This document shows positions 36,888-48,990 of a DNA stretch of 55,673 nt, one piece after another; within the stretch, counting starts at the first letter, position 1, and the number at the start of each line of letters is the position of its first letter. Below the pieces are notes generated by a model. The model was given only the letters and a program-made list of their open reading frames with translations, had not been told where the DNA came from and did no database searches. The translations under genes were made by a program, and so were the position numbers. The stretch is from Toensbergia leucococca (lineage: Eukaryota): contig JALDZS010000156.1 in NCBI GenBank assembly GCA_022813965.1, positions 1-55,673 on the forward strand. Direction: 5' to 3'.

Positions 36888-38979
36888 GGGTTGGTGCGGT
36901 GGTGGTGTTTTGTAGCATTGGAAGTTTCGAAGAAACAGCGTACATCTTGATGTATGAAGGCGCAGCTACGGGCTGTCACGGGGTCTTGAGGTGGCCAAGA
37001 AGCAGGAAGGACTGGCTAGTCAAGCTATTGAGCAAGGCAGAAAGAGTCCTGAGGATCGATGCACGGTCTGAAAAAGCACTTCTGGGGGACTACCAGGGTC
37101 GATACTCCCTCCAGAAAACCGCTCATAAGGAAGGCTCCTCCCTCAAAAAACCCACAACACATCCACCACCCACAACAAGCCCCACCCTCCTCCTTCTCCT
37201 CCCAAAACTCACACACACCAACAACATCCAAACCCACCCACGCCCAAAACCTCCCCACTCAATCTCACAAACCCCACTCCCCCCAAAAAAAACATAAAAA
37301 AAAAAAAACCTCCAATTCCAATCGCACACACCCCCCCCAAACAATGCCAACCCCCCCTCCCATATCCCCTCGCAAAACCTACCCCCTCCCCCTCCTCTCC
37401 TACCACAACGAATCAATGCTCGCCGTCCTCGAACAACACGTCCGCCCCTCCGACCTGCACGAATTCTAACAGACCACCGTCGAGGAGATACTGGACCAAC
37501 AGTGGGTGGGCGGGTGGTATGGGGTGGTGCTGGGGCTTTATATGCTGGGGACTTGGGCTTGGGGGCTTGTGACTTGTTGGGAGTGGAGGGGGGGGGTTTA
37601 GTGGGGGGGGTTTGTTGGTTTGGGAGAGGGAGAGGGAGGGGGGAAGAGGATGTACTGCGAGGGAGGATTGTGGGTGTGGTGGGATGCTTGTGGCGTTTTT
37701 TTTGGTTCTGGCTTTTCTATTGCTTTGGTTTTGAGGAGGGGGGGTGGTGCGGTGGGAGAGGAAAGGAGAGTCGGTAGTAGATGATGAGGGGAGGTTCAAT
37801 CGATGAACCTAAAGGTGGTATCAAGGGCAATTTTTATCAATGACATTAGGGAATTTCTCACATATCGCCCGCTGAGAAGTGCCGAGAATGATTCACCAAC
37901 TCTCTCGTTGCGGACGACCTCCTTCTATGACCCCGTCAACGCTGTGGGAACAAATGGCCACCCCCCAGACCTATATGGCATGTGGCGAGTGATATTCCTC
38001 AGACCCGCTGATTTGCGCACTTCGCAGACCAAATCAAGCTCCGAAAGCCATGATGGCCACTAGGTAACGTGAGGATGCCCCTAATTCATGAACCTTCAAG
38101 CCTTCGGGATCGTGTGAGCTGAAAGATTTGATGGAGTGCTCCAAGACCCATGACAGGTCCAGTTCATGCCCCCAATCAGCTACAATCCAATTTGTCCTTT
38201 TACCGGAGATCTCGTTCGGAACAAGCAAAGGCAAGGAAGGGAGGGCGGCGTCATGAAGTCGATTTCGCGAGGCCGAATTGAGCGGATGGTCCGTTTCTTG
38301 GGTTGGATAGGGGGGAGATGGGCGTTTTGGACAAGGTCGGTTTTTGTGGAGTGTTTTGCGAGGGGATTTGCTTTGCTTTTAGTGTGGTCTCCTGCTAATT
38401 GGTGTTGAGGACTGAGCGCTGATATGTGGGATTGATGTAACTGGTGAAGAGATTTCCGGGGGTCTTGTGGAAGTGGGTGCTTTTTTTGGTAGGCGATGGT
38501 TTCAGTTCGATATCTCGAAGCCTTTTCTGCGGAGATGACGGTGTTTTTTTTCTGCTCCGGGGCGCTGGTTGCGGGGGAGACAAAAGTCTCTGCTCTTTTT
38601 TGCCTTTCACTCTTTGTTTATGATGTGTTTATGGGTTTCATGTCATCTGTGGGTGCACTATGATGGGGTGTTTGAATGATGACCCACTTGAGACACTCTA
38701 GTAGTCTTGCGAAAGATGATGTGGAGATTTGGACAGCGGAGGTGGAGATCTGGCTTTGGTGAATGGATTGGAGTCACTTTCGCCGAGTACAAGCCATAGG
38801 GGTCCTCTGCATACGCAATCGGTCTCCAGCAGATCCTCTCTTCCCGAATCGTTTGACGTGGTATTCTCGCATACAATTAGATGGTAAGTGTGTATCGAGA
38901 TACTTAGTGTTTCTGGGACTTGAAAGACGTATATCAATCGAGATGATGCCGTGCAGACTGTAAGATAGATTACCACTTG

Positions 38980-41900
38980 CTATTCAACCAAAGCTTCCAA
39001 TTCTTCTAATTGGTACGGTCCTCGTATATCAGGTATCTGAATCCTAAGCGATCCGGTCTCGTCCCAAGACTGTTCATCAATCACTGCGCCGGCATGGCAG
39101 AGCATTTGTTGTATTTTTGCGTATCTGAGACCCAAGCCCAACCCTTTCCGTTCGCGACCTGCAATGGCTGCTATCATTAAAGGCTTGGGGGTATTCACAC
39201 TCCTTATAGGAATAACACGGATATTCTCTATAGGAAAACCACGGATATCTTCAGTCCTAGAGGAATTCCCGTGGACATCTGCCCCTAAAGCAATCAATCG
39301 ACTTACCAGCTCTGGCTGGCCCCACGCTATAGCATACATCATCGGCGTCCACTGGTTTTCATCTAGCGGGTGGAGATCGCTTCTAGGATACTTCGAAGAA
39401 TCTAAAAAGCGATGCACTACGTCCTCTTGTCCGTAGGCGGCCGCTGCCAAGAGGGCATCTTTACGATTGGAGTCCAATCGAAGGTAGGCCGTGTCCGTCG
39501 TGTCCGGCACACCATCTTTGGGTAGAAATTTGACCCCTTGGGTGTTGGGGTTTGGATATCTTGACATAAATAACGGACGATGTCTCAAGAGTAGCGGATA
39601 GTAAGTTTCAATCCAGTAATCGACGACATGGACATGTCCTGATGCTGCCGCGATAGCAAGAGGGGTCCAAGCGCCTGCCCGGAGGTTGAAGATGCGCAAC
39701 TGAGGAACCTCATTGAAGGTAAGTAATGTGTATGACGATTGAATATGCCTGGGAAGACGCGTTCCGTGATATTGAAAATGATCACATTTACCGTTCATGT
39801 CTGCCCCCTTCGTAATACAAGCCTTGATAAGATCAAGATGTCCGACTTCTGCCAGTGGTGCAAGGAGTAGGTCCTTGTAACCGGACCCTTCATCTAAACA
39901 GTCAAGCATCACTTGTAAAAGCCTCCATCTAGACTTTTCAAGAGAAAGTTCAATGAGTGTGATAATCCCAGTTTCATATATAAGGGAGTGGAAATTCTTG
40001 ACAAATTCTCCGTTGACGTAATGGGCCTCTTCCCTTGGTTTTCTAGCGTAGTAGCTATCTATGTAAAAGTGCAGTATGTGTTGCAAAAGTGTTCGATGGT
40101 CATTTAGGATAATCCACCTCGAAAGCTCGGAGGGGACTGAATCTTCATTCAACGCCAGTGTTTGCCACGGTTTATCTGCTTTGTTGCTCTCGTCATGCAG
40201 CAGCAAGCGCCACAACTTCCATAACTTCTTGCGTTCTGGGCTCAACATCGTTGTATGCATCAGCCAAAATTGTTTGGCGTATGAGAAAAAATGATATTGT
40301 CGCTCCAAAGGCTGACGACTATAGTCAGTAATGTCGGCGGAGGCCTCTTCCAGCTGGCACTGAATAGCAGTGTCGAATTTAGGTTTCTCTTTCAGAAGTC
40401 TAAGAGCTATCTTATTTGCCAGACTTGTACTTCCTAGAACCTCCCCCAAGATCCCCCTGGGGTACATTGTGACCTTGGGGGCCGTCGCTGGCTCTCCATG
40501 CCTCTTGGCAAATTGTTTGTCGAATACACCAAAGTTGAGATATGTGACGCAGATTGCTCCGGCCTCAGTATCAGCAACCTCTAGATCGATGTGGTATTGC
40601 TGGAGCCATTTGAGAGGTTCTTTGGACACCAAGTACTGGCGAACACTGTGGTGCGTAAACTGCACAAACCCAAATTGCTCATCTACAGTCATTAGTGATC
40701 CACAACAAAAAGAGAGCGCTCGTGCCATATCATTGATTAGCCGCGATGAATCCCAGTTGGCCTGGAGAGGCTCAACGCCGGTTGCCTCTTGAAGCTCTCT
40801 GAGACTCAAGGGCCGTTTGGCTACTGCAACCCACTCGAAAATCCGTCTTGCCAATTTCCTATCTCCGGGAGGGATCTTGCTAAGGACTCGCTCGAAAGTT
40901 TGGTGAAGATCTTTGGGGAGATCTTGAAGTATGGCAAGGATGCTTTCATCGGTCTTTTGTGCACAGATGGTTTCAATTTGGAAAGCTACCCACAAAAACC
41001 TGTGTATCGTGAGCGTCTGCAGGGCCCGAATACTTGTGGGGCTTACAGACATGCCTTGGGCTCCTTTACTGAGCGTTTCTTGGATAGTCCAGATTATGGT
41101 GGGATTCCCAACTTGAAGCTTGTTGCTTTCTAAGTGCTCTGCTAAGGTAGCCTCAATATAACGCTCAATATCAGCAGAAATGTTTTTGAGGTTCATTACG
41201 ATATGCCCTTCCGGATTGAGCGTTGAAGAAACCCACTTCGTAACGTCTGGCCGTGAAGAGCAATATATCTTGACCCGTAGAGCTTTGAAGGCAAGAAGGG
41301 CTCGGAGTGCTTCGACCAGCTCTCTGACTTCCGCTTCATCGCATTCGTCCAACCCATCAATGACGATGAAATATTGTTGGGTAGGTAGAAGGATGGTTTT
41401 GAGGAGCGCAACTATATCCTCGCTATCTGGGAACGTTTCATCCATCAGATTGTCGAGCTCGCTCAAGTTTTGTAGAGGTAGACTAGTTAGTAGCTGGTTC
41501 GCGATACTACCTATAATTGTCCTTGACTTCAACGACTCAGGATTGTCATATCTGCACAAGAAATAGGCAACCGCGTCTTTAGGTAAAACCGTTGTTTGCA
41601 AAAAGTCCACGACTGACGCACTGAAGCACATGAGAAATTGAGGTTCGCAATGCTTATATTGAGTACAAAACTCACCTCAAGACGGTCTTTCCCGATCCTA
41701 CTATTTGCGAAATAGCAAAGTCAGAGGACACCTTGGGAAGATTTCAATATCTCTCAGTACTCACAGTTTCCAGTACACCACAACGTAGCTGACTTGGACG
41801 CTTGCATCCAAGCCATGAAATCTTCTTCTTCGTAGATCCATGATGCTGTGTTATTGGTGGCTTGCTTACACGCCTGAATCCAGGCGATTTTGTGGTTATA

Positions 41901-42776
41901 AGTGGACAGGGCTTTTAGAAGATTCTGCCGCCTCTTCCTGGCCGCCCTCTCCTTTACTTGTAGGCGCCATTCTTGAGCAGCCTTTTGTTCTTGGGTTGCT
42001 TTGTCTCTAAACAGTGACACCAACTTTCTATCTATGCCTGCTTCGCGTCTCTCGATGGCTTGAAATTGCATTTCCTGACTTTGTGCTTGCTTCGAGGCAA
42101 GCGAAATTTCATCTCGAACGGCTTGCGCTAGAGATGATAATTCGGTCTGGAAATGTCCAAATTCAATTTCAAAAGGTTTGATCAACGCTAACGATAATTG
42201 AGCAAAGGCTGGTTTTCTAGAAAATAGTATGGCCTGCGTGCAAAGCCGGACGACAACGGCGTAGTAGTCACATAGAGATTTCTGAAGTCGGACGGAGCCA
42301 GGATAGAGCATTCCAAAATCTTCGTAGTTGGGGCACGTGTTGCCAATTTTCATGAAGAGTATAGATAGCTTTTCGAAGTAAGAAGAAAAATTGCTCAAAG
42401 CCTAGCTTGTTAGTATAGAAGTAGGAAATGACTAGAGATTGTTTCGTACCAGCAAAGAAAACTTAATTCCTCCCCATAGGAGAGCAGCAATCTTCGGGTT
42501 GGAGCTGACAAAAGTTTCTATGACAGAAGAAAACTGTTGTACAGACTCTAGGAAAATAACCATTCGAGCCCCTATACGACGGCTTCGGCGTTTACCATAT
42601 TCTTTGTTCAGCGTCTTCGTCAGGGCAATGACTGCTGTAGCATCGGGAGCATGCCCTAGCTGCAGGTGCAATCGATCCTGATCTTCATTGTTGAGGATGG
42701 CCTCGAACTCAAACAAAGCCTGAGCAAGATTTATCTCCGGCTTCAGCTTTGCCGCTGTCGTCAGGGCCAAGGACAT
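38980..42776 (-). CDS. Fungal NLR-type STAND protein: helical N-terminal domain + NACHT + winged helix + divergent ankyrin repeats (5 exons)
   Basis: Introns 42402-42449, 41701-41764, 41621-41675 and 41000-41050. Splicing gives Walker A 'LWCTGNLGSGKTVLSASVVD', Walker B 'FIVIDGLDEC', 'AQGMFLWVAFQ', 'LPKDLHQTFERVL', 'WVAVAKRPLSLREL' and 'VQFTHHSVRQYL'. Ankyrin motifs 'WTPLAIAAASGH' and 'WTPMMYAIAWG'. Confidence 0.92.
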
Positions 42777-43255
42777 TGTGGCATGACAAGATGAAGTCGC
42801 TGTACTGCCACAGAATGCACCTGATACAGTGAGTAGCTCTCCAGCCGCGAGGCTGAAGGTTACTGGCCCAGAAAACGAAAATCACCACTTATGATTCAAC
42901 AGCGACAGGGTCTAGATGATCAAACAATATATATAAGTTGTCACAGCGATTGTCTTTTAGGTTGAAAACAGCAAATACGTTGCTTTGATGAAATCAAACA
43001 TCCAAGCAGGAAGCGAGGCAGCTTTGAATCCCCGCTCAGTTGGGCGCTAGGCCTATTTTAATGTAGCCTCAAGAAGGAGCAGCAGCTCGGGCTCTGGAGA
43101 ACAGAAAATCAGGATAAAACAAAAGATGGCCCGCTACTCTGATGTTGCTGTTCACTGATCTTCTACGTTCTTTCGGAAGCAAAACCCTGCGGCCTCTGTA
43201 CCTTAGCGCTAGAGTATCGACAGCTCTAAGATCAACAACCCTAACATCCATACCT

Positions 43256-44503
43256 CTAATATCGATAGCACAACAGTCCTGACTCAGTTTCCATCATATC
43301 TGCAATCGTGATATCAGGTGCCAGCCCGCCCATAGGAATAATATCGTTCAGCGATGCCCTCTGCGTGGAATTTCTCAATAGCCGGCCAGCATAATCCGTC
43401 AGCCGGTACGGCAGATCAGCCTGCTGCCACATCCACCATATTCGATCCAGCTGCGCGTGATGGAGATAGAACACCGGATCTAGACACCGATCAAGTCACT
43501 CTATTGTCAAACTAGCCCACATTTGTAAGACATACCGTACGGACCCGAATAAACGAAGAGGTCGCCACGTACAATCTTGGATATCAAGACATGTACTCGA
43601 CGGTCCATTTCAAGATTGAAGGGCTCATAGTCAGCCATCCGAAAGAACGCTTCCACGGCCATGGGTCTCAATCCCTGACCAAGCCGCGCCACCTCTGCGT
43701 CGCTCTCAAACCCACGTTAAAGGCAATGCTGAGGGTGTATGACACTGTCCGAAATCACCTTGAGCCCAGCGAAAGGGCCCTCAGCGACGCAATTGCCGCT
43801 GAAGATCGAGCTACCGATATTGGCGTTACCGTTACCACCAAAGCCGAGTTCATTATCCCAGATGGGTGCATGTGTGATGTACTCCCAGTCGAGGGCCCAA
43901 TTCCAGTATCTGCGCCTGTAGTCAGTACAGATTCCTGGCAAAGACGCGAGCACGTACGTAAGATATCCATCGTAGTGACATTGCTCTCTTAAAGCTTGCT
44001 GAAAAAATGAATATGAAGTACCTGTGCCAGGGCAAGAAAGCAGCAGTCGCATGAGCTTCGAGTCATCCCAAAAGTCAGCCGAAACATGGAACCGGAAGGG
44101 TCATTGAATATACGTACTATAACCGCCAATGTGTGCATGAACCCATGGGAAATCATCATAAAGCGACTGGTTCAATCCTAGCCTTGATGGTGTCGCCCTA
44201 AGACAGTTAACAGCCTCCAAGTAATTTAGCTTCTCCACCTTGCTCAGACTTCGCCATTCCATACGGAGAGAGGGATCTCTGCAATTTGTTGAGAGGGCAG
44301 ACTTGGGATGGGTAGATAGGAGAATTGCATAACTCTTGAAGATGGCGCCGGTGATAAAGCCCAAGGCCAAACAAGCAAGTGGAAGAAGGAAAAACCAGCC
44401 ATAAGTAATCGGATGTCGCTCTTTCTTATATAAGCCTGGGGACTTTTCAAGCTCTATCTCATCATTGTCCTGAAGCGACGAGGGAGTATCGAAATAGTGT
44501 CAT
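43256..44503 (-). pseudogene. Tyrosinase (type-3 di-copper), membrane-anchored small type, with 2 frameshifts and 1 nonsense codon
   Basis: Motifs 'LRMEWRSLS', 'YDDFPWVH', 'HATAAFLPWHRYF', 'YWNWALD' and 'DPVFYLHHAQLDRIWWMWQ'. Introns about 44056-44117, 43910-43957 and 43480-43535. Lesions: +1 shift near 44473, +1 T in the T6 run at 44002-44007, and in-frame TAA at 43717-43719 (HCL*RGF). Confidence 0.88.
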
Positions 44504-45106
44504 TGCGGTCATTCTCATCAGAAGAACGGCCGAGAGGTCCAGCTTGGAGGAAGGTCCGATGGTGACGGATGTAATAGATCTTGGGCTTACGTGCCAAGGC
44601 CGAAAGCGAATACTAGATTCACTCACTCAGCTTGAAAAACTTCACACAATTTCGAAACATAGAAGGCTTACGTGATCTTTACAGAAGACTTCTGCTAGTT
44701 CGACAGATCTCAAAAATTCAGCCCTCACGCACGGCAAGGGGACAACATTGTACGTCAGTAAACCTGTGCATGGCGCCGGGTATAGTATCTCCTAACAAAT
44801 ATTACGGCTGCGAAGCCGGCAGCTGCGGAATGAATGTAGATATTGTTCATGAAATGTGCTGCTAAAGAGGAATGGGATCACTGAGTCATATGAAGCGGTA
44901 GGTAGCTGCAAAGAGGGAGTCACTTATTAATTTCAATAAAAGTCGCCAATGATGTGAGTAGCACTCCTTCGCCAATGAAGTGATAAAGCGCCTTACCGAT
45001 CTACAAGCCAGACAACACGCTTTTCCTATTTGCTCCTTCATCTTACTTGGCTCGAGCCTCTTATTCCATTATGACCCCCCCCCCTTTCCTCCTTCATTAT
45101 TTCTTT

Positions 45107-46163
45107 TTAGTTCATCCAAGTCATTCCATTGGCAGCCTCTTCGATAGGAAAAACCTCCCTAGCGTATTCCTCGATACCGCTTGAAGCTATCAGCTTAGTC
45201 CTATTGATGATCAACTTCAGGAGTAAAGATCTCACCGATATCCTTCCCATAGTTGTAGTGCCTCATCCGGGGCTTGTAGCTCAGGCCCGAAATATGGCGC
45301 ACCATATTTTCCAAACAGCACACTTATCCCATCAAGCTGCTCTTGATAACAATTGGGAATAGGTACTTTGATCTCTATAGGACCGCGGACGTAGCGGACT
45401 GGACGGCCAACACCTTTGGAGAATGCTGTACAGACTTGACGAGGACTAAGGACTTCGAAGGCGAGTGCAATGCTTTGAACGTGTACTTGTTAGGATTGGA
45501 CTTGTAGTGTCAGAGATGATAGAAATACCGGTGCCCAGACCACCTTTTCAGGCCATCTTTGAAAATCTGTAGTAGTGCTGGTCCAATATCGTGTTCTGCA
45601 TCTAGCCACGGAAGAGGGACATCGGGATGGAAGGGTGCTTTCCATTGGAAGCTACCGTCTCCCTGGAGATCCATGCAAAATAATGGATATGACTTGCTGG
45701 TAAAGTTATTGTTGTAAATGCCAGCGTAGACAAATGTGGCAGGAAGTCCAATCTGTCTTATGTAATTCTCTACCGTGTACTTGGTGCTCCACAATGGCAA
45801 ACTCGGCCATCCTTCTCCATACACACTATGATCAGGCATGCTGCTGTATATGTAGTGTTGAACGCCGGCTTTCTTGGCTGCGTCAGCCAAAGATTTGCCA
45901 ATGGTAATCTCGTCGCCCCATGAAGTGGTATTGATAAAAGCCCTTTGAGCGCCAACAAACAGTCTCCCCACGAGCAGTTTATTCTCAAGAGAACCTTCGA
46001 CAAGAGTCACGTTGTCTAATTCTTCCAACTCTTCAGCCACGAGACCTTCTTTTGAAGGAAGCTGTGCTCGCACATTGAATCCTACTGCGGCCGCAACACG
46101 TATAAGTGAAGCGGCCTGGCGACCAGTAGCATTGACGACAACGATGGTCTTCTTGGTTGGCAT
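45107..46163 (-). CDS. nmrA: Nitrogen metabolite repression regulator NmrA (3 exons)
   Basis: 'KKTIVVVNATGRQAASLIRVAAAVG', 'HYIYSSMPDH', 'FVYAGIYNNNFTS', 'LPWLDAEHDIGPA' and 'LWEGYR|GIEEYAREVFPIEEAANGMTWM'. Introns 45473-45528 and 45180-45235; TAA at 45107-45109. Confidence 0.96.
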
Positions 46164-47018
46164 GTGAGATATCTGGGAAACGAGTCAAAGGTTTCAAACG
46201 ATGAGAAGCAGCAGAAAGAGTTGAGGATATCCTCGTAGAATCTGAAACAGGTCAGCGTGTAGGGGGCGGAAAGCACGTTGAAGAATTCTTTCGCGATATG
46301 TCATGGTGGGAAAGTATAATCAAAGAGAAGATGGGAGGGTGTAATAGGACAAGTGTCCGTTCGCAGAATCATCCGGAGAAGCAGTAGAAGAGGTGATAAT
46401 AGTGTTCATCATTGTCATTGAGAAGAGAGCCACAAAGTACCAAGGCCAATATGTTTGATTGACGCCATCCGTACGTGAAATGGCAAATCAAATCCAAGAG
46501 ACCAACGGATGGTACTAAATACGATATCCAGCTTTACCTAATCGATGATAACGTTGAAAGGAATACAAAGAAAGTCAAAAATGTGCTGGTGGTGATCTCA
46601 TATTTTCATTACAATCTGGAAGTGTCGGAGCAATCCGAAGCACCACTAGAACGTAAGGTAGACTGTACGACTTGCGACCAGACCAGGATCAGTGCGGGGA
46701 AATTGGCGAGGAACATTCGGAGAGTCGTCCTAATGCCTGCTCCAAGACACGTGGACAGAGACTGCCTTCCTAGACTTTGATAAAGTAATCTGCATGACCT
46801 GTTTCAGGTATCAGTTTCCCTCACACCCCTACCCCTCGGTGACAGTACTCGATTCGCAAACCTATCCTTGAAATCCTTCTGATAACACGTGGGAATACGA
46901 TAGCTGCGCAGTACTCTGTGAATACGCCGGGAACAGTACTGCTATATTCTTCGGGACGGCCACTCTGTCTCATCGCCTAGTGGAAGAAAGCTTATTATAT
47001 AGAAATGACAGAATCAAT

Positions 47019-48653
47019 TCAAATCCCAGCCGATTGCCACACAGAGGGCCTTTGCTGCGCATGTAACCTCGCAGCGCCGAGCTCGTCGGCGTGGAGGTGT
47101 GCTCCAGATTCTCGAAGAAGTGCAATGTGATCATACAGTCCAGCGTTAGCAGCAAGAAACAAGGGAGTCCGTTCTGCCTTGTTCCGCAAGTGCACAGAGG
47201 CACCACCTAGCAAAAGAGTTCGCAGAATCTCAATTTCAGGCCCTGTGGCTGCAAGATGCTGTTATTTGTCTCATGTTACTCGAATTCGGAGGATTGTCAT
47301 GGTAGATCGACTCACCAATGGGGTATTACCTGAGTAATCGGCTTCATTAAGCAGCCACTCATCATCGTCTTCCATAATCGCTTGTACGACTGAAATATTC
47401 CCTTCCGCAATTGCATAGCCAAAACTCGAAATTTTCGCCTGGCGCGAGGGAAGTCGACTTAGAGGATGCTCAAATACCATTTGAGTCGTTTCGGTAAGCT
47501 CCCCACGCAAAGATGTTGACATTTGCCCGATGACATCTCCGAGGGAAAGATCTGGAAGGGCTAGGAGGTAGGATAATTTTGCTAGAGCCGCTTCGGAAGT
47601 CAAGTCGTTGCCTGGAACAACGCCAGCACTTCCCAAAATGTGGGCAGGCTTATAGAGAGCACTTACAGTGCCTGTCATACCTATGCAACTGTTCAGCACG
47701 TCACTCAAACAATATGTAGGAGCCGAAGACGAACATTGAGTAACATTGACAATGACGATACCTCTTTTGATTGCGTCAGTAATGACTCTTGTCAAAGCCC
47801 CATCTGATCCTCCAGGTGCATTACCGGCTCCAAAAGTCTCCAACACCAGGCCTTTAAGACCGTCAAGCCTCAAGACGGCGTCTATCATCTCTGGCTTGAT
47901 ACCTGGGAAGATTCGTAAACAAGCCACGTGAGCAGTATCGAGGCTAGTCTGGATGCTAAATGGTCTGATACCCGTTGGCCGGTATATAAGTTCCCATGAC
48001 ACATGGGTCTTTAGAGACGTGATGGTCGCTAGAGGGGGGAAGTTGGGAGAGGCAAAGGCAGCAAAATCACTGGCAGAGACCTTTGTGGCTCTGTTGCCGC
48101 GGAAGAGCTTGTAATTAAAGAAGAGAACAACCTCGGGGATCATGAAATGCCCGGCTATAATCAATGAGCCTAGAAGATTATCGGTAGCATCATTCTGCAG
48201 CTCAAGCATGGGAGCTTGAGAACCTGTCAAGATGACGGGTTTACCCAGATTCTGTAGCATGAAGCTTAGGGCACTGCAGGTGTACGCAAGACTGTCTGTT
48301 CCGTGTAAGATGACGAATCCATCGAAGAGGGTGTAGTTTCTGTAGATGGTCCGAGCTATTTCTGACCAACCTTTGGCATCAATGGAGCTACTGTCCACCA
48401 GCTCGTCAAACTCCAAGACAACGTAACGGACATGCCTCCCGTATGTACTGATAGGCGTACGGAGACTGCGGAACGCTTTAGCACTATCATCATTGACCAT
48501 GGCTGAGATATCAGCGGGATTGGATCCATCATTGAATGAAGGTCTGCGTTCCAGCGATTCAACGAAGCCTCGAGCGGGAACATATCCATTGGGGGATTGT
48601 TTCATACAGATGGTGCCACCAGTCATGACAATAAGCACCCTCGACTCAGCCAT
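47019..48653 (-). CDS. Cytosolic type I L-asparaginase with C-terminal ankyrin repeats (60-kDa lysophospholipase/ASPG-like; 3 exons)
   Basis: Catalytic motifs 'MTGGTI', 'HGTDSLAYT' and 'KPVILTGSQ'. Introns 47681-47734 (in frame) and 47259-47315. Ankyrin motifs 'GNTPL|HLAA' and 'RTPLFLAANAG'. Confidence 0.95.
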
Positions 48654-48990
48654 CTTGTTCAATCAAACACTCCAAAATGGTATTGGTGCTATAACACTTG
48701 CATGTAGTATTGCAACGCGAATCAATGGTCCGATCGACTTTTCCAAAAGATTTGAGATTTTACTCGCACCTGGTCCGTGCACTATTTACTCCATTTCCGA
48801 ACGTTATTCTACATAAATTCAATTAAATGTCCGAGTCTTAGGTCGATCTAACTAGTCGAGGAATCTATTTCACAGCTAGGTTTTGCCCTTCAACTACAAC
48901 TACCTAGGTGAGATGCTACACATGATACAGTGCCATGGAGAACACTTTGTCCAGTTCAAAAGACTTGCTTGTGCAAGCCAACATCTGATT

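Noticed and set aside
37803..38976. Short ORFs downstream of the NLR as an effector or amyloid-signalling partner
   Set aside because: No HeLo, lipase, gasdermin or amyloid motif is recognisable, and the frames are fragmented.
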